DNA from: an uncultured Syntrophorhabdaceae bacterium
Lineage (GTDB): Bacteria > Desulfobacterota > Syntrophorhabdia > Syntrophorhabdales > Syntrophorhabdaceae
DNA length: 64,000 nucleotides
Reading direction: 5' to 3'
Assembly: GCA_964406055.1 (NCBI GenBank)
Contig: CAYOQF010000011.1
Coordinates: 7,416 to 71,415 of the forward strand
Position 1 is the first letter of the stretch; every line of letters begins with the position of its first letter. This document shows, piece after piece, positions 33,131-41,745 of the stretch. The notes beneath the pieces are model-generated. The model was not told the DNA's origin, did no database searches, and was given only the letters and a program-made list of their open reading frames with translations. Both the position numbers and the translations under genes were made by a program.

Positions 33131-34429
33131 TCAGGGCATGAGGCGGGAGCGGATCGTCCGGATGATGGACAGGAGGTCCCCGTCCGTTGCCCCGGTGAGG
33201 TCAAGGCGGTTGTTCCTCAGATAGGGGCTCAGAATGTGCACGAGGTCCTCGGTCAGGCCCCCGTACTGGCCCATGAAGGAGTGGAGTCGCGAATGGAGGC
33301 TGAAGACCAGCTTCTCCCGTTTCGACAGGCCGAGATAGTGGTCGATGATCCCGAGCATGGGATCGCGGTCGTCGGGAAGGCGTCCGAAGAGGTCGAGAAG
33401 GTTTGACGCGCTGTCGCTCAAAAACTCCACGGGGACATGAATGGAGGAGACGAGGATCCGTAATTCCCGGACTATCTCCTCTTCCCCGCATTCCACGAAT
33501 TCTCCGCTCTTCGCCATCTCCTCAAGGGGCGTGGACGGAAAGATCTCCAGGGTGCGAAGGCGGACGAAGTCTGGACCGATGGCGTTGATCATCCGGGCCG
33601 TTTCACGGGCATGCTCCTCAGAGAGGTGCGAACCGCCCAATCCGGGCATGACGTACACGGAGCAGGAAAGTCCCGCCTCCTTCACCTTCAGGCATCCTGT
33701 CACCTGATCCTCAAGGGTCACGCCCTTCCGTACCAGACTCAGGACCCTGTCGCTTCCGCTTTCCAGGCCGAAATGGACCCTGTTGAGGCCTGCCCGGGCA
33801 CAGGCCTTCAGGTCCTCCAGGGTCCGCAGCCGGGCTGCGGAACGCGTGCGCCCGTACACGGTGAAACGACTGACGGAGGGAAAGGTCACCTTTACCTTTT
33901 CCATGACGGTACTGAGAAAATCCGCCTTCAGGATCAGGCCGTCCGAATCGCCGAGAAAGCAGGTCTCGCCCCCTCCCAGACGCCAGGTGAGCACATGGCT
34001 GAAGCTGTCTTCGAGGGTGGGCCTCTGTTTGAACCACGTGAGGAACCACCGGAGCCGGGGATCGAGGCCGGGAGGGAGGTCCTCCTTCTCCTCCCCGCGA
34101 TCGACCGCACATCCGGCCTCCCACCGGGCACGGCGGATCTCTTTCACCAGCGAGGCCACCCGGGAGAAATCGGAACCGCTGTACCGCGGCCGGCCCATCC
34201 CCCATTCCCCGAGGAGATCGTCGATTCTCCTGGCCCGCTCGATGTCGAGCAGCACATCGTCGAGAGATCTTCTGCTGAAACGGGCACCCAGCTTGTAGAC
34301 AGGACAGAAGGCGCACCTGTTCCAATAGCAGTTCCGGGTAAGACGGAAGGTGAGACTGTAATTCTCGGTCGGCGGTCGTATGGAACAGATCTCAAAGGGC
34401 TCGACGTGGAGGAGATCAACGGGGGACAT
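33131..34429 (-). CDS. radical SAM protein with atypical CX4CX2C motif, function unknown
   Basis: RNCYWNRCAFCPVY, GGGETCFLGD (GGE-like), and a later GLESGSDRVL. Confidence 0.75.
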   Translation of the reverse strand: MSPVDLLHVEPFEICSIRPPTENYSLTFRLTRNCYWNRCAFCPVYKLGARFSRRSLDDVLLDIERARRIDDLLGEWGMGRPRYSGSDFSRVASLVKEIRRARWEAGCAVDRGEEKEDLPPGLDPRLRWFLTWFKQRPTLEDSFSHVLTWRLGGGETCFLGDSDGLILKADFLSTVMEKVKVTFPSVSRFTVYGRTRSAARLRTLEDLKACARAGLNRVHFGLESGSDRVLSLVRKGVTLEDQVTGCLKVKEAGLSCSVYVMPGLGGSHLSEEHARETARMINAIGPDFVRLRTLEIFPSTPLEEMAKSGEFVECGEEEIVRELRILVSSIHVPVEFLSDSASNLLDLFGRLPDDRDPMLGIIDHYLGLSKREKLVFSLHSRLHSFMGQYGGLTEDLVHILSPYLRNNRLDLTGATDGDLLSIIRTIRSRLMP

Positions 34430-34474
34430 GTCTATTGTGCCTCTTCAAGTGGCGGCTCCCCCGGTCCCTATCTC

Positions 34475-35140
34475 TCAGTCGGGATCGCAAGGGCCGTCGG
34501 GTTCACAGATCAACTGATCGGGGAGTTCGTTCACATCTCCGGGTCCTACAGGGAAATGCCGGGCGAGAAGGGCGCCTATTTCTGCAATCGCCTCGCACAG
34601 GGCGTCACAGGCCCGTCCTTCGGCGACCCCCTTTGAGACCATGGCGGCGAACCGGTTCAGCCTCTCCTGGCTGATCTTCCGGTGGATACCTTTGTCGGCG
34701 ATCACCCAGACTTTCCTCTCCAGGAGGGAAAGAAAGAAGAGCACGCCCGTGTTCTCCCTGGTCCGGTAAAGCCCCTTGTCATAAAAGGTCCGGAGCGCCG
34801 CCTCCCGCACGGCCCTGTGTTTCCTCCCCGCCCCCACGAAGGCCATCTTGAGCGGGTCAAGATGACGGGTCAGCGCCTTTGCGGGAAAGAAGAGGAGGAA
34901 GGCTGCCGGGATGAAGGCCCAGACCGAGGCGTGGAAAAAGAGAACCGATATGATGAGACCCGCGAGTCCACCGATGAAGAGGCCGGAGAGGACCTCCGCC
35001 TCCGGGTAATGGCTGCTTCCGTCCACCACCACGATGGCGATCTCTCCCGCCGTCGTCTTCTCCGCGTTCCTCGTGGCTGTCGCGACCCTCTCCTTTTCCC
35101 CGTCGGTGAAAAATCTGTCAGCCCTTGACCGATACGCCAT
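34475..35140 (-). CDS. TPM-domain protein with internal TM segments
   Basis: Start at ATG 35140, sharing one base with the upstream TAA. FTDGEKERV..TAGEIAIVVV.. and ..NTGVLFFLSLLERKVWVIAD. Confidence 0.75.
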   Translation of the reverse strand: MAYRSRADRFFTDGEKERVATATRNAEKTTAGEIAIVVVDGSSHYPEAEVLSGLFIGGLAGLIISVLFFHASVWAFIPAAFLLFFPAKALTRHLDPLKMAFVGAGRKHRAVREAALRTFYDKGLYRTRENTGVLFFLSLLERKVWVIADKGIHRKISQERLNRFAAMVSKGVAEGRACDALCEAIAEIGALLARHFPVGPGDVNELPDQLICEPDGPCDPD

Positions 35141-36066
35141 TACCAGTCCCCCGATGCCCCGCCGCCGCCGAAATCGCCGCCGCCGCCGGTGAAACCGCCG
35201 AAATCGCCGCCGCCGGTGAAATCGCCTCCACCCCCGAAGCCCCCGAAGTACCATCCTCCGCCCTCACGGACCCTCGAGCCCCCGTGTATGATCCCAGGAA
35301 GGAAGACGCCCATGAGAAGCCCCGCAAAGCCGAGAAGGATCAGCGTCACAAGACCGATGGTCGGGATGAGGAGAAAGGCGATGAGCGGCAGCCCCACCAC
35401 CCCGGCGGCCCCACCGAGGACCCGGGAGAGTCTGCCGAGGACCAGCAGGGCGCCTCCGCCGAAGATGAGAAGGGCCGGGATCGACATGGTGTTGCCCCTT
35501 CTCCCCCTGGAGGCCGGTGTCTTCATATCGGCCTTGAACTCTCCCCGGACTGCGTCGATGAGCACTGCGATGCCGCTTACGAAACCGCCGTCGAAATCTC
35601 CCCTCTTGAAACGGGGGGCGATGACCAGGTCTACGACCCGGCCGGCCGTGAGGTCGGTGAGGCGGCCCTCAAGGCCTCTGCCTACCTCGATCCGGATCTT
35701 CCTCTCCCTGGCAGCCACGAGGAGGATGATACCGTTGTCCTTCCCCTTCTGCCCGATCTTCCATGTCTCGGCCACCTTGATGGAGAACTCCTCAAGCGCC
35801 TCGCCCTCGAGGCTCGGGACGGTGAGAATGACGATCTGAGTGGAGTCGCTCCCCTCGAAGGCCTTCAGTTCGCCCTCCAGCCTTGAACGCGCCTGGGGCG
35901 ACATCATGGCGGCATAATCGTTGACGTACCCACGCAGGGGGGGCACATCGAGGGCAGCGGCGCTTGAAAGAGAAAAAAGGAGAATGACCGCACATATGAC
36001 CGGCACCGCGGAGGGATGACCCACCCTTCCGAAACGGCGCGGGTTCACCCCCTTTCGCTTCATCAC
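35140..36066 (-). CDS. TPM-domain protein (YgcG-like): signal peptide, TPM domain, TM region, Gly-rich tail
   Basis: YVNDYAAMMSPQARSRLEGELKAFEGSDSTQIVILTV.. Confidence 0.8.
   Translation of the reverse strand: MMKRKGVNPRRFGRVGHPSAVPVICAVILLFSLSSAAALDVPPLRGYVNDYAAMMSPQARSRLEGELKAFEGSDSTQIVILTVPSLEGEALEEFSIKVAETWKIGQKGKDNGIILLVAARERKIRIEVGRGLEGRLTDLTAGRVVDLVIAPRFKRGDFDGGFVSGIAVLIDAVRGEFKADMKTPASRGRRGNTMSIPALLIFGGGALLVLGRLSRVLGGAAGVVGLPLIAFLLIPTIGLVTLILLGFAGLLMGVFLPGIIHGGSRVREGGGWYFGGFGGGGDFTGGGDFGGFTGGGGDFGGGGASGDW
35155..35245 (-). repeat. coding tandem repeat (GGDF-type Gly-rich tail)
   Basis: GAAATCGCC occurs on the plus strand at 35170, 35200 and 35218. It encodes GGGDFTGGGDFGGFTGGGGDFGGGG on the minus strand. 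Confidence 0.7.
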
Positions 36067-36087
36067 CCCACCCGTGCCCCGGGGGCC

Positions 36088-36672
36088 CTAAAACTTCACC
36101 TGCGGCGCCCTCTCGGCACCGGGGGCCGCCTTGAAGGACTCCTTCGGGGTCAGCTTCAGGATGAGCATATTCGTCAGATTGTTCGGGAACACCCTGATGG
36201 ATGAGTTGAAGGTCTGGACAGCCGCGTTGTAACGGGTCCGGGCCACATTGATCCTGTTCTCCGTCCCCTCGAGCTGGTGCTGGAGGTCACGGAAGTTCTG
36301 ATTTGCCTTGAGATCGGGATAGCGTTCAGCCACGACAAGGAGTCTTGAGAGGGCGCTGCTCATCGCCCCCTGGGCCTCCTGGAACCGGGCAAGGCTGCCG
36401 GGGTCCCCGATCGCATCCTTGGACACCTGGATCGTGCCTATCCTGGCCCGCGCCTCCGTGACCGCCTGCAGGGTTTCCCTTTCGTGCTTCGCGTAGGCCT
36501 TGACCACCTCGACCAGATTGGGAATGAGATCGGCCCGCCGCTGGTACGCCGCCTCCACGTCGCCCCAGGCCGCCTTCACCGCCTCCTCGTTCATCTGTAT
36601 GGTGTTATATCCGCAACCGGAGAGTGTAACAAGGGCCGAGAGGACCACCGCAACAATGAACACTCTTCTCAT
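36088..36672 (-). CDS. LemA-family lipoprotein
   Basis: Lipobox LSGCG. AERYPDLKANQNFRDLQHQLEGTENRINVARTRYN. AGGAGG upstream of ATG 36672. Confidence 0.88.
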   Translation of the reverse strand: MRRVFIVAVVLSALVTLSGCGYNTIQMNEEAVKAAWGDVEAAYQRRADLIPNLVEVVKAYAKHERETLQAVTEARARIGTIQVSKDAIGDPGSLARFQEAQGAMSSALSRLLVVAERYPDLKANQNFRDLQHQLEGTENRINVARTRYNAAVQTFNSSIRVFPNNLTNMLILKLTPKESFKAAPGAERAPQVKF

Positions 36673-36753
36673 ACCATCCTCCTGTCCTCGGTGAATTGGT
36701 GTCCTTGCGGGAATTCTACCACCTTTGGAGGGATGAAATAAAGAAAGGCCCTG

Positions 36754-36762
36754 TGATAGTAT
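36754..36762 (+). promoter_or_regulatory. extended -10 element directly upstream of the yihY-cNMP gene (leaderless arrangement)
   Basis: TGA-TAGTAT 36754-36762, then 7 nt to ATG 36770. The -35 is weak. Confidence 0.35.
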
Positions 36763-36769
36763 AGATGAC

Positions 36770-37999
36770 ATGCCGAATCGACCGGGGAACCGCGCGAGCC
36801 TCATCGCGCTGGTGGCACGGGAGGGCCTCAAGTCCTTCAGGAAGAACGGTGATTTCGACGAGGCCGCATCCCTTGCATACTACGGCTTTTTCGCCTTCAT
36901 CCCCATCTTTTTCATCGTCACCGCCTTCCTCAGTACCTACATGTATAAATCTGAGGTGGTCATGGTCGCCATCGAAAGGGTAGTCTCCCGCATCTTTCCC
37001 TATGCGCCCGGAGTCATCACGAAAGAGGTGGCCTTCCTTTCCGAACATAAGGGCGCCGTGGGGATTGTGGGCTTCATCGCCCTCTTCTGGTCCATTACGC
37101 CCCTCACCAACGCGGTCAGGGCAGCCTTTGCCCGAAGTTTCAACGTGGCGAGGGAGACGCCTTTCCTCAAGGGGGCCGTCTTCGACATCCTGGCCGTATC
37201 GATGATCATCGTTCTTTTTGCCTCTCTTCTTCTCAGCGAGGTTTTCTTCTTTGCCCTCGAGGAGACCTTTTCCGAGACCCACCCTCTCTTTCTTACCCTC
37301 GTCGATTATATAGGTCCCGTGATAGGGGTCTTTCTGGTGGTCTTTTTCTTTCTCGTCATGTTCGCGCCCGTGAGACCGAGGGTCCTTCATCTCGCCGTTG
37401 CCTCCGGGATCATCTCGGTGCTCTGGACGGTGATCAAGGAGATCTTCTCCAGGTTTCTTCTGTACAACCCGCATTACGGCTTTGCCTTCGGTTCCCTCAA
37501 GGCGACCTTCATTATCGTCCTCTGGTCCTACCTCTCTTTCTGCGTCCTCCTCCTGGGGGTGGAGATCATGGCGGTCTGGAGGGAACAGGAGGCGATCATT
37601 TTGAGGGACCTCTTCATGAAGACCAAGAGGCGGCGACAGAGACCAGGGCGTGCCGTCGATACCTACGCCCGAACCTACGACAAGGGTGCCGAGCTCTTTC
37701 ACGAGGGAGAAGAGGGCGACTACATGTACTATATCCTGTCCGGGTCCGTCGACATCCTGGCCAGGGGCCGCGTCATCGCCTCCCTCGGGGAAGGCCGCTA
37801 CTTCGGCGAGTATTCCATGCTCCTTGGTGAACCGAGGGTCACCACGGCCATCGTGGCCGAACCGGAGACCCGGCTCGCCCTCATATCCCGCGACACCTTT
37901 CAGACGATCCTCCGGGAAAACCCCGCGGTGGCAGTCTCCGTTCTGAAAGAGATGGCCGGGCGCCTCAAGGTCATCGCGCGGGCAACCCTCGAGGCCTGA
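36770..37999 (+). CDS. YihY/BrkB-family membrane protein fused to a C-terminal cyclic-nucleotide-binding domain
   Basis: N-terminal AASLAYYGFFAFIPIFF plus about 6 TM segments. The C-terminal ~120 aa read GEEGDYMYYILSGSVD..GRYFGEYSMLLGEPRVTTAIV. Confidence 0.75.
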   Translation: MPNRPGNRASLIALVAREGLKSFRKNGDFDEAASLAYYGFFAFIPIFFIVTAFLSTYMYKSEVVMVAIERVVSRIFPYAPGVITKEVAFLSEHKGAVGIVGFIALFWSITPLTNAVRAAFARSFNVARETPFLKGAVFDILAVSMIIVLFASLLLSEVFFFALEETFSETHPLFLTLVDYIGPVIGVFLVVFFFLVMFAPVRPRVLHLAVASGIISVLWTVIKEIFSRFLLYNPHYGFAFGSLKATFIIVLWSYLSFCVLLLGVEIMAVWREQEAIILRDLFMKTKRRRQRPGRAVDTYARTYDKGAELFHEGEEGDYMYYILSGSVDILARGRVIASLGEGRYFGEYSMLLGEPRVTTAIVAEPETRLALISRDTFQTILRENPAVAVSVLKEMAGRLKVIARATLEA

Positions 38000-38067
38000 G
38001 CTTTCCCGTTGACCACCTGAAAAGGGTCGTGCTAAAACCTTTCAAAATCAGCGACGGAGGGTAAACC

Positions 38068-38475
38068 GTGGATCAAGAAGACCTGAAGAAACGAACTCAG
38101 GAAACAGCCAAAAGACTGTGGACAGGGGGCATCAAGATGGACCCTCCTTACCTCATGTGGAAAGAGTTCGACAAGGACCTGGCGAACGAGCTCTCCCTGT
38201 TCATTACCGGTCAGCTTTACGCCAGGGGTGTCCTCACCCTGCCCGAGCGGCAGATGGTGGCCTGCGCCATGCTCGCGGCCCTCGGCGCGAAGGAGGAGTT
38301 GAGACTCCATGTGAATGCGGCGCTCAATGTGGGATGCGACCCGAAGAAGCTGGCCGAGGTGTTTTTCCAGCTCGCCCCCTACGGAGGCATGCCGCTGGTC
38401 AATCAGGCTCTTGAAGTGTACAGGGAGGTGCTCAAGGGTCGGGGTGAATGGGAGTCCTTCAGGGGCAACCCGTGA
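38068..38475 (+). CDS. carboxymuconolactone decarboxylase (CMD/AhpD-like) family protein
   Basis: GTG start after GGAGGG. RGVLTLPERQMVACAMLAALG..EELRLHVNAALNVG. Confidence 0.7.
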   Translation: MDQEDLKKRTQETAKRLWTGGIKMDPPYLMWKEFDKDLANELSLFITGQLYARGVLTLPERQMVACAMLAALGAKEELRLHVNAALNVGCDPKKLAEVFFQLAPYGGMPLVNQALEVYREVLKGRGEWESFRGNP

Positions 38476-38500
38476 GGCCGGGAAAACCCTCGTTCCCCTC

Positions 38501-38944
38501 CTATGCGACTTCTTCCTCGGTGAGGTGCTCGAAGAGGGGGATGTTGTCTCTGAGCCAGCGAAAAAAGGGGGAGATTTCCCGAAAGGTCTTCTCCGAAAGC
38601 CCCTCTTCCATGGTTTCCAGCCACAGACTGAGGCTTGCCGGCCAGTAGCCGCTCTGAAACCCCTGGTCCCGGTAGGCACGGAAGGCCAGAAGAGCCGTCT
38701 CCACGAATACGTCCGCCTCGAAGCGGCGGAATACCGATTCCATGAATTTTGCAAAGCTCCGGTTGCACCCTTCCGTCATCTTCCTCCAGTCGCCCTCTAT
38801 CAGTCTGTCCGCGCCGGGCATGGCGAAGAACCGTTCATTCACCAGGGCCGTGAGCTTCAGCCTCTTCCAGGAGAACTCGGACACGGATTCCTGGGAGGGA
38901 GCTTCGAGGGCCCCGGTTGAGGCAAGCAACCCTTCGCTTCTCAT
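38501..38944 (-). CDS. hypothetical protein, 147 aa (start uncertain)
   Basis: Well-formed helical-looking ORF without a recognisable family. No clear RBS at ATG 38944. Confidence 0.4.
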   Translation of the reverse strand: MRSEGLLASTGALEAPSQESVSEFSWKRLKLTALVNERFFAMPGADRLIEGDWRKMTEGCNRSFAKFMESVFRRFEADVFVETALLAFRAYRDQGFQSGYWPASLSLWLETMEEGLSEKTFREISPFFRWLRDNIPLFEHLTEEEVA

Positions 38945-39001
38945 AAGAAAACCATGCGTTGTTCGCTTCGGTGGACTGACCGAACGGCTCGGGGTCTCGC
39001 G

Positions 39002-39214
39002 TTAAGCCTCACCCTCACCATCCCGGGCCGCCTGCGTTTCTTCTCCTTCCTCAGGCTCTTTGTGCGCACCCCTGCTTCTGTCGAACCGTTGCTGGCGCTT
39101 CTCTTCCTGCTTCTTGGCCCGGATCAGTTCCTTTCTCCTTTTTTCACTCTTGAACGCGCTCCGCCCAGCCAAAGCCACCTCCTGTTTTTCACTCAATTGT
39201 AGCACAGATCGCAT
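39002..39214 (-). CDS. small highly charged (Lys/Arg/Glu-rich) hypothetical protein
   Basis: GAGGA lies 5 nt upstream of ATG 39214. 70 aa with a low-complexity basic/acidic tail. Confidence 0.35.
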   Translation of the reverse strand: MRSVLQLSEKQEVALAGRSAFKSEKRRKELIRAKKQEEKRQQRFDRSRGAHKEPEEGEETQAARDGEGEA

Positions 39215-39265
39215 CCATATCCTCTTTTTTTCCCTTCCGCCGGCGCCGGGAACCCCGCACGGACC

Positions 39266-41467
39266 CTACCGGCCGGAGAGGGCCCTCGCAATGCGCCCTC
39301 TGAGCATCGTATAGCGCTCCTGAGGCTTGTTGTTCCGGATGGCGATGGCAAGGGCCTTCCTGGTGCCGACCAGGACCACGAGTTTCCGGCCCCGGGTGAT
39401 GGCCGTATACAGAAGGTTCCTCTGGAGCAGGATATAGTGCTGCGTGAGGATCGGCATGACCACCGCGGGATACTCGCTCCCCTGGGACTTGTGGACCGAT
39501 ATGGCGTAGGCGAGGACGATCTCGTCGAGGTCGGTGAAGTCGTAGGTCACCATTTTGCCGTCATAATCGACCACCAGGTCCTGCGTCTCCGTGTCGATAC
39601 GGGCAATCCTCCCCAGATCGCCGTTATACACATCCTTATCGTAGTTGTTTCTGACCTGCATCACCTTGTCGCCCACCCGCAAGGTCCGGCCGGCCCTCGT
39701 CAACTCCGTGCCACGGGGATTCAACTGCCTCTGGAGTTCCCCGTTCAGGCTCGCCACACCCGCGGTCCCGCGGTGCATGGGCGTAATCACCTGGATATCC
39801 CGCACGGGATCATAGCCGAAACGACGGGGGATCGTCTCTCCGATCAGTCGCAGCACCTGGTCCCGGGCCTCCTCGGGACCCTCCACGGTCACAAAGTGGA
39901 AATCCTGGATATGCCCCTCGTCTCCCTGAAGAACGGGCATGAGCCCACTATTCACCCGGTGGGCGTTCACGATGATCATGCTCTCCCGGGACTGGCGGAA
40001 GATGGCCGTAAGCCTGCAGGTCGGTATCCGTCCTGAGGCGATGATGTCCATGAGCACCGAGCCGGGACCCACGGAGGGCAACTGGTCGGCGTCACCCACG
40101 AGAACGAGCGTCGCCTCATCGGGGATCGCCTTGAGGACATGATACATGAGGATCGTATCCACCATGGACACCTCGTCGATGATGATGAGGTCTCCATCGA
40201 GGGGGTTCCGGTCATCCCTCTTGAACCCCCCGCCCCGGTTGGCCGCTCCCGGGCTGTATTCGAGCAGACGATGGAGCGTCCTCGCCTCATGTCCCGTCGC
40301 CTCGGTCATCCGCTTCGCCGCCCGGCCCGTGGGGGCGGCAAGGAGAACCTTCTGCCCCATCCTCTCATACACCTTGATGATGGCGGTAATGATCGTGGTC
40401 TTCCCTGTTCCCGGGCCGCCGGTCACCACCATCACCTTTTCCTCCACCGCCCTCCTCACCGCCTCCTTCTGGTGTTCCGTGAGACTGATACTGAGGTTCT
40501 TCTGAGCCCACGCCACCGGGTCTTCGTCGTGGAGGAGACGGCTCTGCTTCGGTCGGCCCGCAAGGCGCGACAGGTGGTCTGCAATGCCCTGTTCCGCCGC
40601 AAGAAAACCGGCGAGATAGACCGCCGTGTCATCGGTCCCGGGTATATCTTCGAGACCCACCCTCTCCCCGGCCGTCAAGGTATCGAGGGCCTCCTCCACC
40701 CCCTTTCGCTCCATCTCCAGGATGGAGCAGCAACCGGCGATGAGCCGTTCCCTGGGAAAATAGACGTGTCCCTCCTCGGCAAGGCCGTTGAGAACGAAGA
40801 TGATGCCCGCCTCGGCCCTCATCGGCGAATCCCTGGAGACGCCGAGCTTCTCGGCTATCCTGTCGGCGGTGACAAAACCGATGCCGAAAATGTCCGACGC
40901 CAGTCGGTAGGGGTTTTCGGTGACCACCGCCACCGCGTTCTTCCCGTAGTGCTTATAGATCTTGACCGCGTAAGCAGGGCTCACCCCCTGACCCTGGAGA
41001 AAAATCATGATGTCCCGCACGTCCCGCTGCTCTTCCCAGGCCTGCCGGATCATCTCGATCCTTTTCTCCCCGATGCCGGGCACCTCGGCGAGCCGTTCCG
41101 CCGCGGTATCGATCACCTCGAGCGTCTCGACCCCAAACCTGGCTACCAGTCGCTTCGCCGTTACCGGTCCTATCCCCTTGATCATCCCGGAGCCCAGATA
41201 CTTTTCAATCCCCTTCACGGTCGCAGGCATGACGGACTCATAGGAAAGGGCCTTGAACTGCTCCCCGTACCGGACGTGACGCTCCCAGTAACCCCGTATC
41301 TTCAGCTCCTCCCCCGGGGTGAGGGAGTAAAAACTCCCCACCACCGTCACGAGATCGATCCTTCCCTGGATTCGCATCCGCGCCACAGTGTAATGGTTCT
41401 CCTCGTTAAAGAAGGTGACCCTCTCCACCTGCCCCTTCAGCTCGATCTCTGTCCGTCCTTCAGCCAT
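39266..41467 (-). CDS. recD2: RecD2-type SF1B ATP-dependent DNA helicase
   Basis: N-terminal OB/HhH region (GIGPVTAKRLV, VPGIGEKR), Walker A GGPGTGKTT, and a C-terminal SH3-like and 2B region (AISVHKSQGSEY). Confidence 0.9.
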   Translation of the reverse strand: MAEGRTEIELKGQVERVTFFNEENHYTVARMRIQGRIDLVTVVGSFYSLTPGEELKIRGYWERHVRYGEQFKALSYESVMPATVKGIEKYLGSGMIKGIGPVTAKRLVARFGVETLEVIDTAAERLAEVPGIGEKRIEMIRQAWEEQRDVRDIMIFLQGQGVSPAYAVKIYKHYGKNAVAVVTENPYRLASDIFGIGFVTADRIAEKLGVSRDSPMRAEAGIIFVLNGLAEEGHVYFPRERLIAGCCSILEMERKGVEEALDTLTAGERVGLEDIPGTDDTAVYLAGFLAAEQGIADHLSRLAGRPKQSRLLHDEDPVAWAQKNLSISLTEHQKEAVRRAVEEKVMVVTGGPGTGKTTIITAIIKVYERMGQKVLLAAPTGRAAKRMTEATGHEARTLHRLLEYSPGAANRGGGFKRDDRNPLDGDLIIIDEVSMVDTILMYHVLKAIPDEATLVLVGDADQLPSVGPGSVLMDIIASGRIPTCRLTAIFRQSRESMIIVNAHRVNSGLMPVLQGDEGHIQDFHFVTVEGPEEARDQVLRLIGETIPRRFGYDPVRDIQVITPMHRGTAGVASLNGELQRQLNPRGTELTRAGRTLRVGDKVMQVRNNYDKDVYNGDLGRIARIDTETQDLVVDYDGKMVTYDFTDLDEIVLAYAISVHKSQGSEYPAVVMPILTQHYILLQRNLLYTAITRGRKLVVLVGTRKALAIAIRNNKPQERYTMLRGRIARALSGR

Positions 41468-41745
41468 GTCACCACTATCTTACCCCGCCGGTCCGCTGCC
41501 TGAAAGAAGATTCTTCCATACGGTTCAGGTACCGGCGGGTCCCGAGGAGGCAGCTTTCCCATTGTCATTTTGGGTGACCTGCGATAAGATAGCTTCAGGG
41601 AACAGCGAGGACACCAATGGGTTCAGACATATGCGACACCGATCCCGTTCATAAAGGTCCGATTCAACCGCACGCCACTGCGCGCCACCGCCCCTTGATT
41701 CCTGCCCGACTCTCCCACCACATCCCAGCGGAGCTCCCGGCATAG

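Noticed and set aside
34475-35254. Arg-rich N-terminal extension (MVLRGLRGWRRFHRRRRF..) on the first TPM protein
   Set aside because: It is an alternative frame of the GGDF repeat DNA belonging to the upstream gene. ATG 35140, coupled to the upstream TAA, gives a normal TPM protein.
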